Shown: piece by piece, positions 9,296 through 18,822 of the stretch
Position numbering within the stretch: position 1 is the stretch's first letter
Layout of the letters: each line of letters starts with the position of its first letter
Origin: a virus
Taxonomy: Duplodnaviria > Caudoviricetes
Strand: one strand, 5' to 3'
Length of the DNA stretch: 59,830 bases
IMG/VR virus record: IMGVR_UViG_3300036987_000543
Span: 1 to 59,830 of that record
Notes under the pieces: generated by a model
What the model was told of the DNA's origin: nothing
The model's input: only the letters and a program-made list of their open reading frames with translations
Databases searched by the model: none
Position numbers and translations under genes: made by a program

Positions 9296-12200
9296 TTATC
9301 CTCCTGTAGCCCTGGATTGGTTAATAGGATCGTTTGACTTGAGTTGAAGGAACTCATAAATGTTCCTGATATAAACATTATTACGTGTGTTCCACTCAAT
9401 CTTTGAAAGTTCCAGTAGTTGGTTGTTCATGATGGATAAGGATTGAGCCTGATTCATTCTGATTGCGTTCATCTGGCCAGCAATTATTCCTGCCGTTTCT
9501 TCCGATACACCCCTGATAGCACCGGTAAGAGAAGTAACATTTCCGCCAAGGTCAAATAGTGGCCCGATTATTTCTTCAATTGCATCTACAGCTAAACCCG
9601 CGTTTTCGAAAACCTCTCTTAAGCCTTCCCTCATTTTAACGATAAAATCAGGATTATCAAGGCCATTGTTCTCGAGTCCAAATACAAAACCTTTCAACCA
9701 CCTCTCAAGCTGAGGTTCGAGTATTTTCATTTTCAGACCTTGAAGTATTGCTTTCTTCATGATATCTTCGAACGTATCAGCAAAGTCTTGTGCAGACCTT
9801 TTTCCCGCTTCAAACATGCTTACAATAGTGTCTGCAAGTTCTGAAACAGTGGTACCAGTTATTAACCTGTTTTGCTCCTCTCTCAACTGAATAAGTCTTT
9901 CCTCAGCATCCTCAATGGCCTGAAAGTATTCCATTGCAATATTGTATTGCTCCTGGGATATGATACCGTCCTTAAATGCTTTGCGCAAAGCTTCAAATGT
10001 ATCTGCCATGCCGGTAAGCTTCTTAAGGGCGTCAATGCCCACCGGATCAACGTACTTATCCAAATTATCAGGCAACCCCTGTAGTTCGAACTTCATTTTG
10101 TTAATCTGTGCCCTTAGCTGATCAATCGTGTCTTTAATAAACTCTGCACTCTGATTGTAATTCACCCCCTTGCTCAGAGTATTAAGTTGTTTTTCGAGTT
10201 CAGAAGTGATGTCTTCAAGTGTGACAAGAAGCATCTGATTATACCTTACCCTTTCTTCTTCTACTTTTTTAATCCTTGCCTGAAAGCCAAACATTTTATC
10301 CAGTGCATCAGCAGTAGAAAAGATCATACCGGTTATTGATCCGGCCGCGCCAAATGAGTCAGCAAATCCACCCGTTGCCGGATCAATTTTCAATCCCCTT
10401 AAAGCATTGCTTAGATATCCAACCGCATCGGCCAGTGACCTGACCGAATGATCAATATTTTCATTGACAGAGGAAAACATACCAGCAATTCTTTGCATTT
10501 GGTCAGCAGCAAAATTGAGCCCATCGGCCATGTTCTCAATTCTCGTTGTGGCTAAACCTGCTTCAACATCCTCAATCAGCTTGAGTATCTTCTCATATTC
10601 CTCCGGTTGTAATTCGAGTACGGCAAGTTGTTTCCGGAGTATTTCCAGAAATCGTTGAGCTTCATTTCGAGTAAGTCTGGAAAGGTTGTTCGTGAGTTGG
10701 TCGTATGCTTCAGATGAGGCAATTTCCAGAGCATTTATGCCTTGTAACTGCTCATCCCTGAGTTTCTGCGCCGCTACAAGGGCCTTCTCATAATCCTCAG
10801 TGGATAGTGAATTCTTGTCAAGTTTGCGGACATTGTCTTGGTATTCCTTTTCGATAGCAAGCCTTTTAGCGGCAAAATCGGCTGTTCTTCTCAGAAGATC
10901 TTCATAGACCTCCATAGATTGTTTTGTAAATTCCTTCTCTGATTTTGAAAGTTCCTCTGTTAACAGTTTGATCTTTGAAAAACTGAGTTCAGTGCCATCA
11001 AATTCACCTACTTCTACCAGTTTTGACTTTATAAAAGAGATGTAATCAATGAGGTCTTTATAACCATCCCGAGCGTTCTGAATTTCTTCATTAAAGAGTT
11101 CAATCCTCGAAAGTGTCCCTATCAGATCATCTTTTGAAGCAAGAAGGTTGCTCAGGTTATCCCTTTCTGAAATACTTATATTCTGTTTGTTCTCAAGCTT
11201 TGCAATCTCCCTGTTCAGATACTCAAGATAGGATTGGCCTCCGGTGATAAGGTTTGAGAATTGCTTGTCTGCTGCCTCCTTGCCATATCTTTCTGTCCAC
11301 CGGTAATAGTTCTCATAGAGCTGCTGAATTTCCTTTAGTTTTTGAGCAAAGGTTTTCTTGTCTTCTTCAAGACCACTTTTAAGACTACCTGGAGATTTGC
11401 CAGAAATGTTTGACCTCAATCCTTTAACAATCTTCTGGTAGAGATCGTCGATTGATGTTTTCTCCCTTTGTATAGCCTCATAATTAGCTAAAAGACTATC
11501 TATTTCATTTCCATATGAAACCAACACTCTCCGACCTGATTCATTAAAGGTAGGATTTGCTCTTTCCTCCATTATCTGGTTGAAATCATATCCCGCTTCA
11601 ATTATCTGCTTGATAATTTCCAACTCTTTTTTATACCAAATTTCCTTTTCCCTGTCTGCTTCCTGCAGGGCAAGTCGTTGGATGATTTGATCATTGACAG
11701 CCTTTTGAGCTTTCTCAATATCCTCAAGTGCGGCAACTTCAAGGTTGAGGTTGCTGATATAGTCACCATGTTCAGATTCAAGTTTGCGTATCAATTCAAG
11801 CCTTTCTGCAGTTCCGGCAGTTGTCTTCTTTAATCGGTCAAATAGTATGTTTGACTGAGCAACAGCTGAATTTGATTTTTCGTTGAATTCTTTTGTTTTA
11901 TCAGCACTATCATCCATTGCTCTGTTATATGCCCAAAGGCCGGCAACAACAGCTGTTATACCAGAAAGCACCAATCCCCAGGGAGAAGCTTTCTGAGCAA
12001 CGTTCAAAAGGTTCTGTTTGATAACAGCCAAGCCAAGGACTTTGCTGTAACCATTAATGGCAATAGAATTAAGTATAATTGCAGCCCTGTATGTGCCATA
12101 AGTGGCCACTATTACTTTTAGAATATCAAGGACTCTTTCATAATTTTCTACAACTGATGTCGCTGTAGTAATAGCACCTGAGAAAGTGTCCTGATTGCTT

Positions 12201-12964
12201 TCCCCAATACTATTCAACATTCGATCCCATGCATCCCCAAGGTTGGAAATAAGACCCGTGATGGATTTTGATTGTTTCTCCATCATCCCGCCGAACATTC
12301 CTGTTTCTTCGGTGAGATTGTGAATGACCTGCTGTAAGTGTTCAAAATGAATCTGTCCTTTTGAGGTAAGGTCTAGTATTTCAGATTTTGAAACATTGAG
12401 CGATTTGCTAAGTTCTTCTATGACAGGGATCCCTCTGTTGGCAAACTGCATCAGGTCTTTTGTCATTACCCTTCCCTGTACCGCACTTGTACCATACAAG
12501 TAAACCAAATCGTTAAATGGTATTGAAAGTCCAGCCGCAACGTCTCCAAGTCTGCGCATTGTATCAATGATATCTTCTGCCTGAGTACCATATGCAAGTA
12601 GCTGTTTGGCACCGGAAGCCACACCCTTCAAATCGAATGGAGTTTTTGCGGCAAAGTCCACAACCTCTGCCATGAGTTGGTCTGACAGAGCTTTGTTTTT
12701 CAGCATGGTTTCAAACGCGATCTCAAGCTGTTGAAACTCTCCCCTTACTTGCGCAATTTCCCTTGTAAACTGACCGGCAAACCTCAAAGAAAAGTATGAA
12801 CCAATTGCCACTGATGCGTTCCTGAAAGCATCGTCAATCCGTGATCCTTCATGAATAGCCCTGTCACCAACACCCCTTAATCTCCGCTCCATTTCATCAA
12901 GAATGGAGTTGAAGGTTTTGGCATCAATAGTGGCTTCAAAATCTAATGGGCCTTGTCCGTTCAT
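9296..12964 (-). CDS. Tail tape measure protein (1222 aa)
   Basis: DFAAKTPFDL...AKQLLAYG...LGDVAAG tape-measure N-terminal domain; long helical body. Confidence 0.93.
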   Translation of the reverse strand: MNGQGPLDFEATIDAKTFNSILDEMERRLRGVGDRAIHEGSRIDDAFRNASVAIGSYFSLRFAGQFTREIAQVRGEFQQLEIAFETMLKNKALSDQLMAEVVDFAAKTPFDLKGVASGAKQLLAYGTQAEDIIDTMRRLGDVAAGLSIPFNDLVYLYGTSAVQGRVMTKDLMQFANRGIPVIEELSKSLNVSKSEILDLTSKGQIHFEHLQQVIHNLTEETGMFGGMMEKQSKSITGLISNLGDAWDRMLNSIGESNQDTFSGAITTATSVVENYERVLDILKVIVATYGTYRAAIILNSIAINGYSKVLGLAVIKQNLLNVAQKASPWGLVLSGITAVVAGLWAYNRAMDDSADKTKEFNEKSNSAVAQSNILFDRLKKTTAGTAERLELIRKLESEHGDYISNLNLEVAALEDIEKAQKAVNDQIIQRLALQEADREKEIWYKKELEIIKQIIEAGYDFNQIMEERANPTFNESGRRVLVSYGNEIDSLLANYEAIQREKTSIDDLYQKIVKGLRSNISGKSPGSLKSGLEEDKKTFAQKLKEIQQLYENYYRWTERYGKEAADKQFSNLITGGQSYLEYLNREIAKLENKQNISISERDNLSNLLASKDDLIGTLSRIELFNEEIQNARDGYKDLIDYISFIKSKLVEVGEFDGTELSFSKIKLLTEELSKSEKEFTKQSMEVYEDLLRRTADFAAKRLAIEKEYQDNVRKLDKNSLSTEDYEKALVAAQKLRDEQLQGINALEIASSEAYDQLTNNLSRLTRNEAQRFLEILRKQLAVLELQPEEYEKILKLIEDVEAGLATTRIENMADGLNFAADQMQRIAGMFSSVNENIDHSVRSLADAVGYLSNALRGLKIDPATGGFADSFGAAGSITGMIFSTADALDKMFGFQARIKKVEEERVRYNQMLLVTLEDITSELEKQLNTLSKGVNYNQSAEFIKDTIDQLRAQINKMKFELQGLPDNLDKYVDPVGIDALKKLTGMADTFEALRKAFKDGIISQEQYNIAMEYFQAIEDAEERLIQLREEQNRLITGTTVSELADTIVSMFEAGKRSAQDFADTFEDIMKKAILQGLKMKILEPQLERWLKGFVFGLENNGLDNPDFIVKMREGLREVFENAGLAVDAIEEIIGPLFDLGGNVTSLTGAIRGVSEETAGIIAGQMNAIRMNQAQSLSIMNNQLLELSKIEWNTRNNVYIRNIYEFLQLKSNDPINQSRATGG

Positions 12965-13155
12965 AGATTTAGTATCCTTTCAATTTCTGAAACATCTTCC
13001 GGTTCTTCAATGGTATTGTCTTTCGAGGAATCATACCGGGGGGCATCAACGATCATCATCTGGAGGTTAACCCAAGATATCTTCCACAGCAAGTATTCAT
13101 ACGTCCAGCCAGTTGCAGTACACACGCTCCACAGGCTGCCCCACAAGGACTTCAA
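12961..13155 (-). CDS. Tail assembly chaperone C-terminal part (gpT-like)
   Basis: Lies between the chaperone and the tape measure gene; TTG start; in the -1 frame relative to the upstream gene. Confidence 0.55.
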   Translation of the reverse strand: MKSLWGSLWSVCTATGWTYEYLLWKISWVNLQMMIVDAPRYDSSKDNTIEEPEDVSEIERILNL

Positions 13156-13166
13156 GCCCTTGTGCC

Positions 13167-13616
13167 TTACTCTATCAGATCTTCCTTCGGTTTGGTCACC
13201 CTCAGGGTGTGTATCAATCTGATAGAATTCGTAAAAGACGCCGTGTTACTCATTACCATGACCATCCCCATAATGGAAAATAGCTTTGAAGGTGTTACTT
13301 TCCATAATAGGTAATGGGCAAGGAAAGGGGTAAACAGTTTGATCTTCCACTTGCTGTTGAGTATGATAATAGCGACAAGCCGTGAAACCCTTTTAGCATT
13401 CTCAGGAACCAGCATAAAGCTCCCGGCATAGGCGGAGTCTTTCAGTTTTTCTTCATCGAGTGCAATTTCCATGAAGATCTTGCTCATATGAAGAAGTGTT
13501 CCCAGGTATGGTTGACGCACCCGGAACCTTAGAAACCCGGCCTTAAATACCATGCCATTATCAAGCAGGGTATCAACGGTTTGTCGCTCAACATTGATCT
13601 TGTCCCTTTCGGTCAT
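13167..13616 (-). CDS. Tail assembly chaperone (gpG-like)
   Basis: Synteny between major tail and tape measure genes. Confidence 0.65.
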   Translation of the reverse strand: MTERDKINVERQTVDTLLDNGMVFKAGFLRFRVRQPYLGTLLHMSKIFMEIALDEEKLKDSAYAGSFMLVPENAKRVSRLVAIIILNSKWKIKLFTPFLAHYLLWKVTPSKLFSIMGMVMVMSNTASFTNSIRLIHTLRVTKPKEDLIE

Positions 13617-13628
13617 ATACCTTAGGGA

Positions 13629-14138
13629 TTAGGTAGTTACTTTGCTGACAACGATAGGGGCGACCCCTGCTTTTGTTGGGGTAAGAACCTTTGCTTTCAC
13701 CCTGACCAGCGCAACATTTTTCTTACTCAAGTTGACATCAAGCCTTGCTTCGATTTTAACTCGTGCAAATTCATACTTGATGTTTTTCTTGGAGATAATT
13801 TCGAGGCTCTGTTCAATCGAAGGCACATCAGCAGGGGCATTCCATTTTGCTGCATCACCAGTACCGGTAACTTCTCCGCCAAGCACTTTTACAAGTGTGG
13901 CAGGGGTCATATCGGCAATTGACCATTCAATATTAGTTCCCCCTTTTTTTGTGAGTGACTCGATCGGGTCGTCGGATTCCTCAATGAAAAACTCGGTCGT
14001 TTCACCTTCCTCCTGGATGATGGTGGCCGTATCTTCAAAGGTTCCTGCAAGAGCAGTTAGGGAGGTTCCCATACCGCCATCGACAGCGATGTTTCCTATT
14101 TTAAGGCTTTTGAGTCCTATAGATATTCTTTCTGACAT
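13629..14138 (-). CDS. Major tail tube protein
   Basis: Synteny, size and beta-rich siphophage tube pattern. Confidence 0.75.
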   Translation of the reverse strand: MSERISIGLKSLKIGNIAVDGGMGTSLTALAGTFEDTATIIQEEGETTEFFIEESDDPIESLTKKGGTNIEWSIADMTPATLVKVLGGEVTGTGDAAKWNAPADVPSIEQSLEIISKKNIKYEFARVKIEARLDVNLSKKNVALVRVKAKVLTPTKAGVAPIVVSKVTT

Positions 14139-14158
14139 TTTTTTTACGGTTTTAAAGG

Positions 14159-14569
14159 TTATTCTTCGCCAGTAAACATAAACCTGAGTCTGACATTTGC
14201 AAAGTGCTCATTCACTTCTTCATTCTTAATGATGGCATGGTTTTCCACATAATGCCAAAAGTTTGACCCTGATTTCTTGTCCAACAGGCTAATTACTGTT
14301 TCCGAAATTTGTTTAAGCCGGGCGTAGTCCGGCATACTGGAATCCTGCTTGCCTTTTATCTTCAGCAACAGGTTTGGCACGTAAGCGTTAACGTTGATCA
14401 CACATTCCTGGACTGTTTCCCCGGTTATTGGCAGGGCATTCACAACAACGTCTTCAAGTGACGATCCAAAGGGACGAGCCAGTTTGTAAACACCACCAGA
14501 GACAATTGCTGAAAGCGCGGTATTTACCTGCTTCCATACAACATCAATGGCATCATTTACAGTTTTCAT
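14159..14569 (-). CDS. Tail terminator/completion protein
   Basis: Synteny directly upstream of the major tail gene. Confidence 0.55.
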   Translation of the reverse strand: MKTVNDAIDVVWKQVNTALSAIVSGGVYKLARPFGSSLEDVVVNALPITGETVQECVINVNAYVPNLLLKIKGKQDSSMPDYARLKQISETVISLLDKKSGSNFWHYVENHAIIKNEEVNEHFANVRLRFMFTGEE

Positions 14570-15042
14570 AACTTCATCCTTTTGATTTGTTGCTTAAGCT
14601 TTTCAAGTTCCTTGGGGAGTTTTTCGTTTGCCTGATACTCGGTAGTTGTCAGAACATCCCTGCCACGACTTTCGACAGCATAGGCATATTCCATCCCGGC
14701 AACGAAAATCAGGGCATATCCGGAAGAATGATTTTTTGACAAGTTCAAAGCGTGGTTTTCTCCTATTGTCTTACCATCAACTGGTTTAGGTTTATGGCCT
14801 GAAACAGACGTAAAATCCTTGTTTATAACTTTGCCGTTATATACAATGATATACCCAATGGAACTTCTGAGATTTCCTGTTTGATCACTGAAACCAGTTT
14901 CCGGGGGGATACTCCGGGCATAGTTAACAAGATCTTCCCCAACTTTCGACAGTCGCAGAATAATGGCCTCATCAAGCCTTTTTCTAAGGTCCCTGAATCT
15001 GGTTTTAACGTTCCCTTTGGCCCTTATACCCATATCCTGCAA
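14566..15042 (-). CDS. HK97 gp10-like neck protein
   Basis: DQTGNLRSSIGY and AGMEYAYAVESRG motifs. Confidence 0.8.
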   Translation of the reverse strand: MQDMGIRAKGNVKTRFRDLRKRLDEAIILRLSKVGEDLVNYARSIPPETGFSDQTGNLRSSIGYIIVYNGKVINKDFTSVSGHKPKPVDGKTIGENHALNLSKNHSSGYALIFVAGMEYAYAVESRGRDVLTTTEYQANEKLPKELEKLKQQIKRMKL

Positions 15043-15347
15043 TTTTTCTGTTCACGTGAAAAACGCAGGATATTACCCTTGATCCTTGGCCGTCCTTTTA
15101 CATCATTGATGATAACAACAGTACCAGGGTCAAGGTCGGGACATTCAACCGGAGCGTGGATAATGGAGCTATACAAAACACTTTCCCCATCAGGGTTGCT
15201 GATCTTTCTTCCGGAACCATTAGGTTCTTCCCTGCAGAAACAGACAAAGGTTGAAAGAGGCTCACTTACAATGAAGTTGCCATTTTCATCTTGCTGACTT
15301 TCAGTATTTAGGTTCTGAAGAAATAAGCTGTGTTTGTACCTCATCAC
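15024..15347 (-). CDS. Head closure / head-tail adaptor
   Basis: QDENGNF N-terminal motif; synteny. Confidence 0.55.
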   Translation of the reverse strand: MMRYKHSLFLQNLNTESQQDENGNFIVSEPLSTFVCFCREEPNGSGRKISNPDGESVLYSSIIHAPVECPDLDPGTVVIINDVKGRPRIKGNILRFSREQKNCRIWV

Positions 15348-15661
15348 TACCAGAGTTTTGATCCGTCACTTATCGCGCTTTGAGAGACGTACCTGGAAGC
15401 ATCAATACCAGCTGTTTGACATAATGCTCTGATCCTTGTTTTCAAGCCCTCAGTATCATAGTTCTGTGAGAATCCGCCCTCTGACTCTGAATTCAGAGAA
15501 AGAAAACGTGAAATGATATAGACAGCTGCCTTCGCAATAGCTTTTTCAGAGGAATATTCTTCCTCAGGCTGTAATTCCAGATCGAGCAGTACCTTTTCTG
15601 TCTGTTTTGTTGAGACAGTGTAAGGTTCACATTCGGCCAGTAATGCTTCCAGGTTTGTCAT
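15347..15661 (-). CDS. Head-tail connector protein
   Basis: SESEGGFSQNYD motif; follows the capsid gene. Confidence 0.6.
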   Translation of the reverse strand: MTNLEALLAECEPYTVSTKQTEKVLLDLELQPEEEYSSEKAIAKAAVYIISRFLSLNSESEGGFSQNYDTEGLKTRIRALCQTAGIDASRYVSQSAISDGSKLW

Positions 15662-15671
15662 CAGTAAGACA

Positions 15672-16787
15672 TTATGAAGTTGCTGTTACATCAAGTGAAA
15701 CAATACCATCAATGGTAGTGAACACCGGTAAAGCCCGGGATGATGCCTGAGTCATTTCGGCTGCCAATTCGTTCTTACTTTCGCCAGTGCGCCATTGTGC
15801 AACAACGATGTTGCCACGGTCATAGGTCGAATAAGAAACGTTTTCTTCCGGCATGATCTGACTGTCTTCAAAGGCAGTCTTTACAATACCGATCTTGCCG
15901 GTCGGGATAAACACAACCTTATCTGTGTTCCATGGGTTTACAGCCGTCCTCTTGCCATCAACAAGCACATCATTGCGTTTGCTTACTACCATGATCGGGG
16001 GTAAACCAAACCTTGACAGCTGCTGATTCATATAATCAAGAGCCAGAGGCGTATTGAGCTTGTCTGTACCATAGATCGCTTGTTTGATTGTTTTGAACCG
16101 GGCCAGCCTGAGTGCAGTTGAGTTATCCATGAGCATCGCTCCAAACTCAACCTTGCCTTTGAACTCATTTACGATCTCGATGAGGTCTGCAAATGGATCC
16201 GCAGTTGTCAGGTTAGCATCGTTCCAGATTGCATTAACAAACTTCTTGTTAGCTTCCGGTAACTGGTAGTTAAGCTGCCAGCGACGTCCATCAGGGTTGT
16301 TTGACTCATCGAAAGTTACAACACCATCATTAGAAAGGGCTGTAAGGGTAATGAAGTCAAGCCTGTCTTTTACTCCTTTTACAGCATCGGCCACGTTTGC
16401 AAACATGGTTTCCTGAAGCTTTGCAATTTTGGCAGAGTCAGAGATGCGCTTTGTTTCGAGCATCTGAAGCAACTCCCTGAGTTTACCGGCCTGCATGGGA
16501 AACTTATGACCAATCCTCGGGATGCTTCCCTGGAATGTACCAAGTCCATCATGCGAGCGCAAAGGGGTGGCTGCATTGTCTCCAATAACGGAAGCAAGTA
16601 CTGTCAGTTTGAATGTGCCGACGATTTCTTCGAAGGTCAATCCATACTGAGGAGTATCCCAATCCATCAGCTGATCGGTATAAGCCTGGCTGAAAAGCTG
16701 TTTTTGCTTCTCGCTGGCCTGGTCAAAGGTGATCTGTACCAACCTGGTCAAATCTCCAAAAAGTTCAGAATTAAAAAATGATTTCAT
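15672..16787 (-). CDS. Major capsid protein (HK97 fold, lambda gpE-like)
   Basis: Size, synteny after scaffold and decoration genes, NPWNTDKVVFIP...G and C-terminal ALPV motifs. Confidence 0.85.
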   Translation of the reverse strand: MKSFFNSELFGDLTRLVQITFDQASEKQKQLFSQAYTDQLMDWDTPQYGLTFEEIVGTFKLTVLASVIGDNAATPLRSHDGLGTFQGSIPRIGHKFPMQAGKLRELLQMLETKRISDSAKIAKLQETMFANVADAVKGVKDRLDFITLTALSNDGVVTFDESNNPDGRRWQLNYQLPEANKKFVNAIWNDANLTTADPFADLIEIVNEFKGKVEFGAMLMDNSTALRLARFKTIKQAIYGTDKLNTPLALDYMNQQLSRFGLPPIMVVSKRNDVLVDGKRTAVNPWNTDKVVFIPTGKIGIVKTAFEDSQIMPEENVSYSTYDRGNIVVAQWRTGESKNELAAEMTQASSRALPVFTTIDGIVSLDVTATS

Positions 16788-16809
16788 GTTATAGGTCCTC
16801 CTTTACTTT

Positions 16810-17421
16810 TTAGAGTGAATTAGAATAGCGGATGTGGGGATTGGCCTCAAGCATGTCATGCTCTTTGAGAGACAATGGCACCGGAAGCACCCTACGGGCG
16901 TACAATTCGGCATCCTTTGAAACATCAATACCATTGATGCCTTCAACTACCTTGACCTGAGCGATAACCACACAGTTGAAAGTTGCAATGAATGCAGCTG
17001 CATCATCAACTTTCTTAATCTGCGTAATAACATCACCTACTTCGAGGTCAGGGATTTCTGCAGAGAGGGTAATAGTTCCCCCGTTTACGGCTGTTACGGT
17101 GACCTCCACGAGTGGATCGGGATCAACAGCAGGGATAATATGTACCAAATCGCCAACGGCGAACAGGTTCGATAGGAATTCATCATGCTCCACGGTCACG
17201 ATCTTAGAATCAGCAGTGCTGATCGCTATGACCCGGGCTGATTTGAGCAGTTTTACCTTGCGCGTGGACTCATCGCACACGGCGAGAGTTCCGGCAGGTA
17301 TAACAGTTCCAACGGGCAGGGACTGTCCTGTGGTGTCAAGTTCAAACCCGCCCAACACAAGGTGAGGGGGGGTAATAAAAACAGGACGTCCGCCTCCATA
17401 AGATTGTTTCTTGAAATTCAT
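16810..17421 (-). CDS. Head decoration protein
   Basis: GGFELD...GTVIPAGT pattern; between scaffold and capsid genes. Confidence 0.6.
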   Translation of the reverse strand: MNFKKQSYGGGRPVFITPPHLVLGGFELDTTGQSLPVGTVIPAGTLAVCDESTRKVKLLKSARVIAISTADSKIVTVEHDEFLSNLFAVGDLVHIIPAVDPDPLVEVTVTAVNGGTITLSAEIPDLEVGDVITQIKKVDDAAAFIATFNCVVIAQVKVVEGINGIDVSKDAELYARRVLPVPLSLKEHDMLEANPHIRYSNSL

Positions 17422-17445
17422 CAGATTTCGGTTTTAAAGGGTTAA

Positions 17446-18072
17446 TTACTCTTTTTTGACCGTTGTATCAGGAACAGCATACTTATCGACAAGTCCGGAT
17501 GCAATCTGCTTGAGAGCATCCTCTCCTTGTGCGAGTGTCCCTGCTTCGGTCTTTCCACCAAGCCCTGCGGTAATCAATTCCTGTTTAATTTCTGTGAGAA
17601 AAGTTGTGACGCCAGCCTCATCGAGGTTCTCTGGGACAATCACCCCTTTCATTCTCCACTCAGGGATTCCGAGTTCTTTAACTTTTGCTGCTACCTGTGT
17701 TGCCCGGTTTTCCTTTGCCTTTTCTGCCTTGAAGTTTTGATTCTCTTTTTCGAGGGCTTCAAGTTTCTTAGTCTGTTCCTCTTTCCATGTTTTAAACCAT
17801 GCAGGTTCATCCGGAGGGTCAGTCTTTGGAGGTTCGGGTTTCTTTTTCAGGTCTTCCAGTTCTTTGGTTTTCTGACTCAGTTCCGTGCGGACTTTGTCAA
17901 TGTCGCCCTGAAAGGCTTTTAGCAGCGGTTCGACCCCGGCTGTTGCGGTTTCGATCTGTGATTCTTCTGTGACGGTTTTTGACAAATAGTCGGCCACCCC
18001 GTCAAATGCTTTTTCACCAAACCCCAGATTTGCGTATCTGGTTTTCAGCGCCTGAAGGATTTTAATTTTCAT
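17446..18072 (-). CDS. Capsid scaffolding protein
   Basis: MKIKILQALKTRYANLGFGEKAFDGVA N-terminus, coiled coil and EPAWFK motif; first gene of the head/tail operon. Confidence 0.7.
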   Translation of the reverse strand: MKIKILQALKTRYANLGFGEKAFDGVADYLSKTVTEESQIETATAGVEPLLKAFQGDIDKVRTELSQKTKELEDLKKKPEPPKTDPPDEPAWFKTWKEEQTKKLEALEKENQNFKAEKAKENRATQVAAKVKELGIPEWRMKGVIVPENLDEAGVTTFLTEIKQELITAGLGGKTEAGTLAQGEDALKQIASGLVDKYAVPDTTVKKE

Positions 18073-18105
18073 GCTGTTAGGTTATTGATTGAAGTCAATT
18101 AAGAT

Positions 18106-18146
18106 TGTAAAAATAGTGTATCAAATATATGTACCTGATATAGACA
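18106..18146 (-). promoter_or_regulatory. Putative phage late promoter, copy A (upstream of the scaffold/capsid operon)
   Basis: Minus strand TGTCTATATCAGGTACATATA-N10-TATTTTTACA; near-identical copy with the same spacing at 35416-35456. Confidence 0.65.
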
Positions 18147-18213
18147 TTAAAATATAACATATTCTTCTGAAAACCATTGAAAATAAAAATTTACAAAAAA
18201 ATTTATATAATTT

Positions 18214-18244
18214 ATTGTATTTAATAAAATATTTCGTAAATTCG
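18214..18244 (+). promoter_or_regulatory. Bacteroidetes sigmaA-type promoter for the small-gene cassette
   Basis: ATTG-N19-TAAATTCG compared with the consensus TTTG-N19/21-TAnnTTTG; 30 nt before the ATG at 18275. Confidence 0.45.
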
Positions 18245-18274
18245 TAAGGAATTAACACTAAAACATTAAAGACC

Positions 18275-18499
18275 ATGAGAGTAAGAGAATTAATCGAAGA
18301 GCTTGAAGGAATGAATCCGGAAGCTGAAGTTAGGTTTGCCAGTCAACCAAGCTGGCCTTTTGAGTACAACATACAAGGTGTTGTAGAATGCAATCCAGAG
18401 GACGAGTCCGATAATGAACCAGCTGAGGTAGTTTACCTCGTTGAAGGAAACCAGATCGGATACCTTCCCGGAGAAGTTAAGGATGAAATAGGTTGGTAA
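18275..18499 (+). CDS. Small very acidic hypothetical protein
   Basis: 74 aa with 18 D/E versus 4 K/R; A-rich initiation region. Confidence 0.75.
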   Translation: MRVRELIEELEGMNPEAEVRFASQPSWPFEYNIQGVVECNPEDESDNEPAEVVYLVEGNQIGYLPGEVKDEIGW

Positions 18500-18509
18500 T
18501 TATTAACCC

Positions 18510-18531
18510 GGCCGGGGGGAGACCTCCGGCC
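18510..18531 (+). other. GC-rich 9-bp hairpin with GAGA (GNRA) tetraloop between cassette genes
   Basis: GGCCGGGGG-GAGA-CCTCCGGCC; no U-tract follows. Confidence 0.55.
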
Positions 18532-18547
18532 ATAACATTTATACACA

Positions 18548-18819
18548 TGAACGCTACACAAGAATCAAATGCAACAATGATCAGGAATGTTTTTGCTTTC
18601 ATCCATAACATTCCGGTTAACATCATCGACCAGACCTGGCCAGTGGAAGATTACGGTTCGCTAAATGGCCATCTGAAATCAAAGTATAACAGTTTCTGTG
18701 AAGCTGAAGGCTATGCTTCAGCCAACGCAATCCTGAGATTCTTTTCGAGCCTTTCATCTGACAATGCAAGGTTATTCAGTGAAAAAATTCATCAATTAAT
18801 CCAAACCTCAAACTTTTAA
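18548..18819 (+). CDS. Hypothetical phage protein (likely start MNATQES; start coordinate approximate)
   Basis: ORF 18493..18819; the ATG after the hairpin is the more plausible start. Confidence 0.6.
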
Positions 18820-18822
18820 ACA

